From positions 3,680,001-3,744,000 of the forward strand of contig CAWIPH010000002.1 of assembly GCA_963837955.1 (NCBI GenBank): 64,000 bases of DNA. Reading direction: 5' to 3'. Shown here in pieces: positions 38,435-47,760 of this stretch. The translations under genes were made by a program, and so were the position numbers. The first letter of the stretch is position 1, and every line of letters begins with the position of its first letter. The notes beneath the pieces are model-generated. The model searched no databases. It saw only the letters and a list, made by a program, of their open reading frames with translations, and was not told the DNA's origin. This DNA is from an uncultured Verrucomicrobiae bacterium (lineage in GTDB: Bacteria; Verrucomicrobiota; Verrucomicrobiia; Chthoniobacterales; JAFAMB01).

Positions 38435-40356
38435 TTCAGCTGATTGTCCGGTGAGACTCGGTCAGCAGATCGGGCGCAGGGGCGGTGAGGGCTGCGTTTA
38501 TGAAGTCAGCTCTGACCAAGGGGTGATCGCAAAGATTTTCCACCAGCGGGCAGATCAAGAAAGAGCGGCCAAACTAGAGCACATGATCGGTCTGAACGCA
38601 TCACGACTCTTTGCATTTGCTGCGTGGCCAAAATCTTTAGTGTTTGACCGCCATCGAAGATTGGTCGGATTTCTGATGCCAAGAGCCTTTCGCCTGGAGA
38701 TTCACGAATTATTCAGTCGAACTCAAAGGACGACGGCCTTTCCGGGCAAGGAATGGAACTTTTCCATCAGGGCTGCGCGAAATTGCAGCGCAGCGTTCGA
38801 CGAAATCCACAAGGTGGGCGCAGTTGTTGGTGACGTAAACGAGGGCAACTTTCTTGTTGGTGAGAATGGAAAGGTCTCACTAATAGATTGTGACTCATAC
38901 CAGCTAACCGCTAACGGGCATACCTGGACTTGCGATGTCGGCGTGCCGATCTGGACCGCACCCGAATTGCAGGGCAAGGACTTTCGAGGTTTACGCCGTA
39001 CCGCGAACACCGATCTGTTCAGCCTCGCGGTACTGATTTTCAAAATCCTATTCATGGGTCGACATCCGTTTGCAGGCGTTACACTGACAAAGTCGGAAAC
39101 GACACTTGAGCAATGCATAGCGGAATTTAGGTTCGCTTTTGCTGAGAGAAGTCAACTTCTTCTGGTCACTCCTCCGCCAGGTGCCTTTCCTTTCAGCATG
39201 CTCGCCCGTCCACTGCGCGAAATGTTTGATCGCGCGTTCCTGCGCGGCTCCGAGCGACAGAATGCACGCCCAACAGCAGGAGAATGGGTGAGGACACTCG
39301 ATTCATTGGAATCATCTTTGGAGCTCTGCAAGCTAGCCAGATCTCACTTGTTTCCAAAGGAATTAACTTCTTGTCCTTGGTGCAAGATCACCATCGAAAC
39401 GGGGGTACACTTTTTTGTGAACGGAGCGACAACTACACCGCAAATATTCCGCATAGACGTAAGCCTTTCGCCTAAAATCGGAACTTTCGCGGCGCTGCCA
39501 TTTCTTTCAGGCAATTTCTCAAACGTCAGGCCCGTTCCGTGTGCTGCCGGTCCACTTCCTGAGCCCATTATATTGAAACGCCTAGAATTCAAAATTGGTC
39601 TGATCCTCTTGTTCCTCTCCATCATTCTTGGAGTCGCAGTTTCCTGGCTACTCGGGATTGGCCTCCTGCTAGTTGCGTGCGGCTTTTTGATCCGAGGGCG
39701 CGTTTTTCACACCTATCGTCCAATCGCACAGGAGCGGCAAAATCGCATGGATGAAACGCGTAAGAAACTCGACTCGGCAATTAACCAGCTTCGCGATACA
39801 GAAAACGATTACCAAAGCGCATTTCAGAAAACGAAAGATGAACTCAGAGCTAAACACGACGAGATAGAGAGATTGGAAAATTGCAGGAAAGATGAAATTC
39901 GGAAACTTGAAGCGAGCAAACGCCAGCTACTTCGCAATGCACATCTACAGTTTCTTGCTCACTAATGCCGATATATCTGGAATCGGCCAAAAACGTCTTG
40001 GCTCATTGCTTTCCTACGGCATCGAATCCGCACTCGACGTGACTGAGAGCCATAGAGTTCCGGGCATCGGAGAGGGCTTTTATGCTAAGCTCATGACTTG
40101 GCGCCGCCAATGCGAACTGCGCTTTAAATTCGATCCTTCAAAAGCAGTTCCACCAGCGGAAGTACAACGCATAAATCTCAAAGTTTCGCAACTTCAGTCT
40201 GGATTGGAAACTCAACTGAAAGCCGGACTAGAGCGGCTGCATAGGTTAAATCAGCTGTGCTCAGCGCGGGTCCAGTCGATCGACGTGGGAATTAAGAGTT
40301 TTCTGGTTCAGTTTTCTCAGTCAAAGGCAGACTTCGAGGCGACACCCAAAGACTAG
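38421..40356 (+). pseudogene. yegI: YegI-type Ser/Thr kinase with TM and HhH tail, frameshifted near 39945-39955
   Basis: GGEG, AKIFH, VVGDVNEGN, IDCDS, TAPELQ, GRHPF; tail ADISGIG..LLSYGIESA..VPGIG..LMTWRR..F.FDP is in another frame. Confidence 0.85.
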
Positions 40357-40374
40357 AGACTTAACATCAGAAGA

Positions 40375-40844
40375 ATGGGTATGAGAGATTCGCTCCGAAT
40401 TGTTTTACTGTGTTCAGGTTCGGCCTGTATCGCTCTTTGGTTAGTTTCTCGACTCACTACTATTCTGCCAACTCACAACACTTACTCCGCGCCAGCGTCG
40501 GTTTCGATCGCGGAATTTAGTGCTACTCCCCCGTTACTCCACCGCAGGCTTCCGCAACAATTACTCCTTCTGCACAGCTTAAAAATATCCAGCCTGCTTC
40601 TGTCACGCCGAAATCTTCCGCACCTCGTGCCGTTCCTGCTTATGTTATTCTCCGAACGCCGGTCTTCTTTAGGGCGGAGAACTCTAAGGGATCAGCCGAG
40701 GTCGTAGCAATACCAGTCGGAACTAAGGTTAGGGTCGTCAAGGTCGACGGTTCACGATTGCAGATAGAGAGGGACGGAAAATACAAATACATTCCTATCA
40801 GTGATACTGACTTCTCTGATCGCTTGGCCGGGAAGGTTCGCTAA
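40375..40844 (+). pseudogene. membrane-anchored protein with Pro/Ser linker and SH3-like C-terminus, frameshifted at a C5 run (~40530)
   Basis: first frame gives TM; shifted frame gives VTPPQAS...IPVGTKVRVVKVDGSRLQIE..YIP to TAA at 40842-40844. Confidence 0.6.
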
Positions 40845-40903
40845 ATCCACTCGTTCTGTGACTAAAGACCGACAGCGGCTCGAATGACCTATAGTTGGTC
40901 TGA

Positions 40904-41278
40904 ATGAACCTTTTCTTACGTTGCATTATCCTGATCATTGTTTGCAGCGCGATTCTGTCGAGAGGGGTAATCCACGCCCAGACCGCCATCGTCATTCCAG
41001 CCAACGAAGCAGCAGCGCACGTCGGCGAATATGCGACCGTTGAAGGATTCGTCGCCAAAGTGTTTACTTCCAAGAGCGGAAATACATTCCTGAACATCGG
41101 CGCGGCCTACCCGAACCAAACCTTCACCGGCTGGATACCGCTGGCTTCACCGGTTTCGAAATCGCCAATACTACCCGGTATCGAAGGGAAGCGCGTCAAA
41201 ATTACCGGTCGAATCGAGATGTATAAAGGGAAACCGGAAATTCGGATAAATTCCGCCTCACAGCTCGAGGTCAAATGA
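40904..41278 (+). CDS. secreted OB-fold protein
   Basis: signal peptide; EAAAHVGEYATVEG..FLNIG..YPNQTFT..ITGRIEMYKGKPEI. Confidence 0.85.
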   Translation: MNLFLRCIILIIVCSAILSRGVIHAQTAIVIPANEAAAHVGEYATVEGFVAKVFTSKSGNTFLNIGAAYPNQTFTGWIPLASPVSKSPILPGIEGKRVKITGRIEMYKGKPEIRINSASQLEVK

Positions 41279-41663
41279 GCGCTCTTTTACAATGAAGGCA
41301 TGCTTGCTGGCCTCTCCCACTAAGCGTTGGCAGACCAATCTAGCAGAAAACCCGGTCCCATCTGCCACGATGGCGCGAAACGAAACCTCTTCAAGGTGGA
41401 AGAGGGTAGTTTCCCCGTGGTCGCTGTACCATCGATCGAGGAAGATATCTGCGCGCCCTTCTTTCCCGTTAGTGGAAATCATCAGCTTTACCTCTTCCAC
41501 TCGCTCGCGCTCCCGCATGTGGGCCTTTTTGAATTGGAAGCTTTCGAAATTAGATTTCTTTCTCGTGGTACTTTTCTCGGTCCTCGGTGGTGAGGGGAAA
41601 ACGCGGTTTGCTCATCATCCAATATTAGCTTACCTCCGTGAGGGTCGCGACAGACGCCATTAA

Positions 41664-42157
41664 TTGCCCCGCTCGACCCACCGAATCAGATCCAACCGAA
41701 AAGAGCTCGGCCGCGCGCGGGATGGATTATCCGCAATCGATCAAATGATGATGTTGCTCCACACCCGATACGGTCGCAAGGTAGAAGGCTGTCTGCCACT
41801 CGTCCTCGATTACGCGACGAAGTTCGCACGTCCTTTACTGGAAAAATCGATACGGTCGATTACGTGAAGAAGTCTCGCGAGTTGAAAGTTGCCGAAGAGT
41901 ACGCTACCCGGTTGATGATGCCGCATTATCCTCTTACTGCTGCTAAAAGCATTGCACGAAGCCTCGTCGAGATGTATCCAACACATGCATTTGTTATCGA
42001 CAGGGACGAGGCTGGCGCTGTCCGCTCAGGTACGGGATACGGGCTCGGCTTAAAGCTTGGTAGAGTCAGTGACAAGGCAGAGGCGATCATGCGAAAATTG
42101 GTTCCGTATTTGGACTCGCTCACGGTCATCGGAAGAATTAAGGAACACCCCCCATGA
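41664..42157 (+). pseudogene. fragment of SDH/ClpP-class serine protease-like gene, frameshifted
   Basis: PLDP-like start, ..VAEEYATRL..IARSLVEMYPTHAFVIDRDEA..LGL; frame change at GGAAAAATC (~41845). Confidence 0.5.
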
Positions 42158-42375
42158 AGAACTACCCGGACAAAGATATCTGCAAGAACTACGAAGGCAT
42201 GCATTCGAATCAAAGCACCCGAGACGCGGTCGAAGACGCCATCGATCTGTCAAAGGACCCGGACGCGTTATGGGATAGCAGCTTTGATAATGACATTGAA
42301 CCAGAGCCAGTAACGCCGGTCGGAAAACGGCCGACAACGGTTCCATCGCCATCGCGTGGCCTGGTGCCGATGTGA
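42154..42375 (+). CDS. small hypothetical protein
   Basis: ATG overlapping upstream stop, AAGGA upstream. Confidence 0.5.
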   Translation: MKNYPDKDICKNYEGMHSNQSTRDAVEDAIDLSKDPDALWDSSFDNDIEPEPVTPVGKRPTTVPSPSRGLVPM

Positions 42376-42496
42376 CAATCTAGAAACGGCACAGAAAGCC
42401 AAATTTACTGGCAATTCCAGGCGCCCTGAGTGCTCGTTTCCTTGTCCACCAATCGCCCCGAAACATAGAATCGGCTTCGCGTATGTCTCGAATCGT

Positions 42497-43015
42497 ATGG
42501 CATGGACCCCTGAACAACAGGCGGAGCTAGATTTCTATAGACTCCTCGAAAATGAGAGTGATCGGGGTTGTGCTCTGGTTGCGTCTGCTTATCTCGAGGA
42601 CCGATTGGAGGAGGTTCTATCGGGCCGCATGGTTCAGGACGATAACGTTGAAGACTTCTTCAGAGGCACGCAGCCGCTCGCAACCTTTTCAGCGCGGATT
42701 GCCCTAGCTTATTATCTCGGCATCATTTCACGCGAAGCAAGGCAGGATTTGGATACAATTCGACGCATTCGGAACGACTTCGCACATGACCTGCAATTTG
42801 AGACCTTCAATAACCAGAGCATTAGTAATCGCTGCAAGAACCTTCAAATTTGTGTCCGTTCCGAGCATACAACTACCCGTGATAAATTCATCGACGCGGC
42901 AACGTCCCTGAACTTGGTCCTTGACGGTCATCGAGCTAGAAGTCGTCGGCCAGAAGTAGATCCATTGGAATTAGCAGGTATTCACGATATCAGAAAAACT
43001 GACGCAGAAACTTAA
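42497..43015 (+). CDS. MltR-family (HEPN-fold) protein
   Basis: ESDRGCALV..AYLED.L, PLATFSARI..AYYLGII, RRIRNDFAH. Confidence 0.85.
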   Translation: MAWTPEQQAELDFYRLLENESDRGCALVASAYLEDRLEEVLSGRMVQDDNVEDFFRGTQPLATFSARIALAYYLGIISREARQDLDTIRRIRNDFAHDLQFETFNNQSISNRCKNLQICVRSEHTTTRDKFIDAATSLNLVLDGHRARSRRPEVDPLELAGIHDIRKTDAET

Positions 43016-43022
43016 TCGCTGG

Positions 43023-43088
43023 ATCGAGATCTACAAAGGAAAGCCGGAAATTCGGATAAATGCCGCGGAGCAGCTCGAGGTCGAATGA
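43023..43088 (+). pseudogene. orphan 3' end of an OB-fold paralog (repeat of 41213-41278)
   Basis: IEIYKGKPEIRINAAEQLEVE* vs IEMYKGKPEIRINSASQLEVK*. Confidence 0.8.
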
Positions 43089-43127
43089 TTGGGGTTCAAA
43101 CCGCGGGCCGGGAGTGACGAGGGAAAT

Positions 43128-43571
43128 CTAGTTCGGAGGGATAACATTCACATTAACGCTGGGCGTGGCAGGACCTAGGTGCATGTTAAAAAGGATTCGC
43201 GAGGGAATTTGGTCCCTGGAACCCATGGTTTCAGGATACCAAACGTCTGGGATGTTTCCTGAGAAGTGCTTGGCTTGCACGTAATCGCCTGCTTCGGTTG
43301 GCAATGCTCGAATCACGGTCTTCTGTGTGAAGTAGCCGCCGTTCTGGGGAATCTCCACTGTGATCGGTGCGTCGCCTACGTAATTGTCGTTAACTTCGAT
43401 CCGCGCGCCGGCCGGCTCAGAGACGATCTCGACTTTCGCTTTCGTGGGCTGATACGGCACCGGTGACACCGGCCGATAAGCACTTGGAGGCGGGGTGTGA
43501 GCCACGTACGTAGAAGAACAGCTCACACCGAACACGGCACATAGAAGCAACAGCTCAAGATACTTCTTCAT
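43128..43571 (-). CDS. PEGA-domain lipoprotein
   Basis: MKK..hydrophobic..GVSC lipobox; IVSEPAGARIEVNDNYVGDAP. Confidence 0.85.
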   Translation of the reverse strand: MKKYLELLLLCAVFGVSCSSTYVAHTPPPSAYRPVSPVPYQPTKAKVEIVSEPAGARIEVNDNYVGDAPITVEIPQNGGYFTQKTVIRALPTEAGDYVQAKHFSGNIPDVWYPETMGSRDQIPSRILFNMHLGPATPSVNVNVIPPN

Positions 43572-43686
43572 AGCAATCGAGTGACCCCGAAGTGCAAACT
43601 CAAAAATAGCCAAGGAGCAGTACCTTTAGCAATCCAGTAAACAATAAGTTGGCGGTTGGAAGCGAGGTAGGTCAGGCGGCACACCT

Positions 43687-43926
43687 TCAATCGTTCGGCC
43701 AATTGCCGTAGCGATCCACCATAAATTCTTCTACCGTCGACGGCGCGTTCTCCGGATCTCTGGACTTCCAGGGTTCCAATAGCTTTTGGCAGAATGCCCT
43801 GTGTTCGTCCTTTGTCATGTAAACCGGCTTGGACGGTGACCGCCTTCTTTTCCCAGCTATGCCAACACCGTCGACAACTTCAAACTCTACGACAACGACG
43901 GGAGAAACGCTTCCTTGATAGCCCAA
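43687..43926 (-). CDS. hypothetical protein or fragment sharing a C-terminal domain with 44201-44683
   Basis: MTKDEHRAFCQKLL..WKSRDPENAP.TVEEFMVD.YGNWP; start uncertain. Confidence 0.5.
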   Translation of the reverse strand: MGYQGSVSPVVVVEFEVVDGVGIAGKRRRSPSKPVYMTKDEHRAFCQKLLEPWKSRDPENAPSTVEEFMVDRYGNWPND

Positions 43927-43987
43927 GCGAAGAGTAGTAACCTTGAGGTGTTAGGTAAGGGGGCTTGGCGAAAGAGCCAAGATTTCT

Positions 43988-44167
43988 ATGGTAAATGAAA
44001 ATGACAGTCCTCTCGAAAGACTGCATAAAAATATCCAGAACGCGCCTCCGGAAGCGTACCTAGACACCAGTCTAGAAGACCAGCGGCAAGCTGAAAACCT
44101 TCGTTTCGCCCAAGCGTTGGCGCTTCGAGAAGAAGAGCGTAAAAGAGCCGAGCGGCTCAATCATTGA
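43988..44167 (+). CDS. 59-aa hypothetical protein (below the ORF-track cutoff)
   Basis: ATG ORF MVNENDSPLERLH...RAERLNH*. Confidence 0.4.
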   Translation: MVNENDSPLERLHKNIQNAPPEAYLDTSLEDQRQAENLRFAQALALREEERKRAERLNH

Positions 44168-44200
44168 CGGGTAATTCCTACCCGCGGAATTTTTGGCGCT

Positions 44201-44683
44201 TTAATCTGGCCAATTGCCATAGCAGTCGATCATGAACTCTTCTACCGTTGCCGGCGCGTTCTCCGAATCCCGAGCCTTCCAGGCGTCAAGCATCTTCTGG
44301 CAGAAGGCAACGTGCTCCGCTTTCGTGATCATCTGAGGTTTTCTTGGCTTCGGCCAGCTATCGGGCGTTTGGTTGATTAGCGCCTTGTGATGATCAACCG
44401 CGGCGTGCCAAAGCTGGTCCGCGTTATCCGCCATGAACCTCAACGCCGCGGCATTCGGCGCGCCTTCTGCATGCGCTTTCTTTGCATCCATATCAAGCAG
44501 CCAAGCTTTCTCGTGCCATTGATCGACCCTTTTGTAATCACGGGCGATAAGCTCATTGATCTCCGCTTTAGTGAGCCCAACCAATACGGAGGGCTCGTCA
44601 AAATCCTCGGCCTTAAACCGGGTTTCATCATTCATTCGTTTTCTCCTGATGGTCGAAGCGACCGCTGGTTTTACTCGGGGCAT
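44201..44683 (-). CDS. hypothetical protein
   Basis: ORF; likely start MNDETRF after AGGAG; shares C-terminus with 43687-43926. Confidence 0.65.
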   Translation of the reverse strand: MPRVKPAVASTIRRKRMNDETRFKAEDFDEPSVLVGLTKAEINELIARDYKRVDQWHEKAWLLDMDAKKAHAEGAPNAAALRFMADNADQLWHAAVDHHKALINQTPDSWPKPRKPQMITKAEHVAFCQKMLDAWKARDSENAPATVEEFMIDCYGNWPD

Positions 44684-44804
44684 CTGGAAAGGAAGCTCGA
44701 GTCAGTTTGATTGCCGGGCTTGCGGCGATTGCCGCTTCATCCGACATCTCAAAGATACCACGGCCAGGCGGCATGAACAATGATTCACCCGAAACGTCGA
44801 GCAC

Positions 44805-45106
44805 TGGTCAAGGCGGGCATCCAACATTTGCCATACGCAAAAAGCGACAGCAACACTTTCAGAAGGGTATTGGAGAAGCTTGTCGATACGGGCGAGAACC
44901 GTAGCTCCCGAAAAACTAAAACTATGCTTCGGACAACAACCCTTGTTATAATGACCAATCCTTCTCGCGGGCTCGCGTTCTATTTTCGACCTAGAGACGG
45001 CGAGCACTATGACCGCGTTTTCAATCGGCGTCTCCTGACCTGGACTCATTACGAAACTCTCCAGATCGCTTAGCTCGTTATTTCCGGCTAACTCTTCGTA
45101 GCGGTT
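44805..45106. repeat. 302-bp direct repeat, copy 2
   Basis: near-identical to 32139-32440. Confidence 0.92.
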
Positions 45107-45201
45107 CGTTGGTCGGAATGAGCACGCGGGCGTTGCGCCAAACACGAGCGGTCCGAATACCCCATCATACACCCCGAGGCGAGATGTCAAAGCTCCGAAG
45201 G

Positions 45202-45738
45202 CTATTTGGTCTTAACCTTGGATGGCAAAGGAAATAGGGTCACGTACCCTTCGTCTTCCCCATTTTTAGGGACTATGACCTCTAAAGGGCTGTGTATGGA
45301 ATCCTCAGGAACCTCAAACACTGCGACCGTCTTTTTGATCACTCCGGGCTGCAGCTGGGTGAATATGAGATCGTTTTCCATGGCGATATTCGCTTTTACA
45401 TCCTGAGAAAAAAACCTTCCCTTGCTGTCCTGAAGAAGCAAGCCCTCCCTTGGTATCTCGCTGGGCAAATCGGAGTCATCGCGGACCTTATAGTAAACGA
45501 CGAAAAATCTTGCTCCCTCCGAAGCTTTGACCTCGTAAATGTCATTGCTTATCCGGTTGAAGACTTTAGCTCCTGTGATGGAATAGGAATCGTCTCCGAG
45601 TCTAAACCACTCATTTGTTTTGTGCTCATTTTGACGAAGCGGTTCATCGATCTTTCTAAAAGTTACCGGAACCGGATCTTCGGCTGAGGCCGCGCAAAGG
45701 AATGCAGATGCAAATAGCGAGATAAACGAGAGCCTCAC
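45202..45738 (-). CDS. secreted DUF4352-like protein
   Basis: signal peptide; FFVVYYKV.D, LQDSKGR.F, LQPGV..VAVFEVP. Confidence 0.8.
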   Translation of the reverse strand: MRLSFISLFASAFLCAASAEDPVPVTFRKIDEPLRQNEHKTNEWFRLGDDSYSITGAKVFNRISNDIYEVKASEGARFFVVYYKVRDDSDLPSEIPREGLLLQDSKGRFFSQDVKANIAMENDLIFTQLQPGVIKKTVAVFEVPEDSIHSPLEVIVPKNGEDEGYVTLFPLPSKVKTK

Positions 45739-46060
45739 AATTATTTCATATCGTCATAAGCGTGAGGAGGTTGAGCTCTTTCTGGCTAACTGTCCCCTCC
45801 CGCGCCGTCCCCGTTGGCGATATGGCCAGCGAGCGTTTGGCCGCCCACCTCGAAGGTAACGGCGTGGGTCACATCCAGAGTCCCGAAAATCTTGACTAGG
45901 GCTGTGCAGCTCGATGGCCGTAGCGTTCAGATTACCTTGAGTAGTGACGTTGATGTCGGTGCCGTCTTCGTGGAGGTTGTAATGCTGATATTTCGCGCTC
46001 CCGGAAATCCCGCCTTTGCTGGCGATAAGAGGCCGAAGTATAGAGTAAGTTGCCATCGCG

Positions 46061-46447
46061 TCAGCCTCTAAAACCAGATAGGGCGCGGCCGTGTTCCCTG
46101 GCAGTGGCAAGCACGCCGTTCCACTCCTGCTGCGCCGCGATGACTTCATCGAGAATATCAACCAGCTGCCGGCCGTCCTGAATAGCGGCATTGATCAGGT
46201 GCTCGGTCCCGATCGATCGAAAATTGTTCAATTCTGAGACTCGCTCGTGTTCGGTTCGCTGCGGTCGATACGGCTTGACCGCCGCGGTGCCTGCGACGCT
46301 GTTGGTCGCGGGGCGACGTTTCTTTTTACGCCGACGATGCACGTAAAGGGAGAGGCGGCTTCCGCCGGACGTTCCCTCATCCGAGTTAGCAGCCATCCCT
46401 CGCTTGCTAAGCAATGGAAGGAAGTAGGGGTCAACGTTGAATATCAT
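46061..46447 (-). CDS. hypothetical protein
   Basis: ATG 10 bp after the upstream TerS-like gene stop. Confidence 0.45.
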   Translation of the reverse strand: MIFNVDPYFLPLLSKRGMAANSDEGTSGGSRLSLYVHRRRKKKRRPATNSVAGTAAVKPYRPQRTEHERVSELNNFRSIGTEHLINAAIQDGRQLVDILDEVIAAQQEWNGVLATAREHGRALSGFRG

Positions 46448-46457
46448 ATTTTGTTTT

Positions 46458-47018
46458 CTAGGTTAGTTTTTTCTTAATGAAAGATCGCCGCGCTTTGACG
46501 CGGGGTAATTCATGCCCATTTCCGTTGTCAAAAAAGTAGTCGGCCCCGCGACGCATGTAATTCTCGATTTTAAAGGGCTCGAGCAGCTGGGCGGCATCTT
46601 CGAAAGCTCGCATTAACTTTTTCTCCAGTTCCGGCATGTCCATTCCCATGAGCCGTAGCGGCAAGGTACTGGGAAGAGATAACGCCCGACCTTTCATCAC
46701 GATCACTTGCTCCTCCCAATTTCGAAGAATATCCCGAAGGAACAGCGCCCGACCTCCGAGGGTATCCGCGAACAGCTCATGCCGAAGAGCGGCCGCGCTA
46801 TGGATTCGCGCTCGAGCCGCATCGAGTTCCCGCTTCAGTTTTCGTTCATCCCCTTGCTGCCCCAACCAGCTCAGGTAACTCCCGATTGATTCTTGGAGAT
46901 CAAAGGTGTTGTCCGGTGAGCTCTTAAGCGCACCTAACTTTACCAGCTTTTCAATCTGCTCTTTTTGTAAACTAAGCATGTTTCCCAGCCCTGCTGAGTT
47001 CACCTTGAAGTTCTTCAT
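46458..47018 (-). CDS. Nu1-like terminase small subunit / packaging protein (copy 2)
   Basis: N-terminal wHTH-like (LGNMLSL..IEKLVKLG..FDLQESIGSYLSWL), coiled coil ARARI..ALRHEL, RALSLPSTL. Confidence 0.7.
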   Translation of the reverse strand: MKNFKVNSAGLGNMLSLQKEQIEKLVKLGALKSSPDNTFDLQESIGSYLSWLGQQGDERKLKRELDAARARIHSAAALRHELFADTLGGRALFLRDILRNWEEQVIVMKGRALSLPSTLPLRLMGMDMPELEKKLMRAFEDAAQLLEPFKIENYMRRGADYFFDNGNGHELPRVKARRSFIKKKLT

Positions 47019-47490
47019 AAGCCCTGCTCTGCGGAAACGTTTTGAACGTAAGGAGCCACGCTTCGACTCCCGCTTTAATCTGTTCGTGGATATCCCCAAG
47101 CTCTACCAGCCCAAGGCACTCTTTCGCTACAAGGCTGGCGTGCTTGCGGCCGATCTGGGTGAACCAGCATCGGAGAGCGTTCCAATAAGACTCCGCTGCG
47201 TACGACTCAACGACTTCGCGCCGCAAGGTCGCAGCTCGCAGCTCCGCATGGGTCGCCTCGGCTACCGCTCGCCTCAGTCTGGCCTTGAGCAGAGCAGGAT
47301 CTCGCCTGGCCAGGAGGTCGCGGCGATAGTCGAGGTAACGCCGCACATTTTCGCGAACGTTATACAGTGTCCGTCTCCCCTCCCTACGGCCGACAAACAC
47401 CCCTGATTTGCTAAGTCGATGCACGCTCTGGCGATCAATGCGCAGAAGCTCGGAAAGTCCACGCTGATTGATCTCATCCTTTCCGGTCAT
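46972..47490 (-). CDS. Nu1-like terminase small subunit / packaging protein (copy 1)
   Basis: INQRGLSELLRIDRQSVHRLSKSG..YNVRENVRRYL wHTH; KARLRRAVAEATHAELRAATLRREVV. Confidence 0.7.
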   Translation of the reverse strand: MTGKDEINQRGLSELLRIDRQSVHRLSKSGVFVGRREGRRTLYNVRENVRRYLDYRRDLLARRDPALLKARLRRAVAEATHAELRAATLRREVVESYAAESYWNALRCWFTQIGRKHASLVAKECLGLVELGDIHEQIKAGVEAWLLTFKTFPQSRAYEELQGELSRAGKHA

Positions 47491-47714
47491 CACATCCCCT
47501 TTTTGATAGCCTGCGCCAATATCGCCCTGGCTGTTTGCTGCGAATGCCGCTCGATCAGTTCGTCCAGTGTAAAGGGTTCCACGCCGGCAATGGCTGACAG
47601 GCGCCAAATTTCTTGCTCGAGGAGTCGGCGATGGGCTCGCTCGAGCTCAACTTTCAATCGAAGCAATCTGATCTGTGCTGCGACCAGGTCTCGGCTCGGA
47701 TTAGGCTTTTTCAT
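47490..47714 (-). CDS. small coiled-coil protein coupled to the TerS-like genes
   Basis: AAQIRLLRLKVELERAHRR; stop overlaps next ATG. Confidence 0.6.
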   Translation of the reverse strand: MKKPNPSRDLVAAQIRLLRLKVELERAHRRLLEQEIWRLSAIAGVEPFTLDELIERHSQQTARAILAQAIKKGM

Positions 47715-47760
47715 GTATTGGTGACATCGGTCCAAAAAGTTCAGTTAAAGACATGAAGGG

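Noticed and set aside
44160..44200. Second cos site
   Set aside because: Palindromic, but no cosQ-like GGGTCC at the expected spacing; equally explained as a terminator between convergent ORFs
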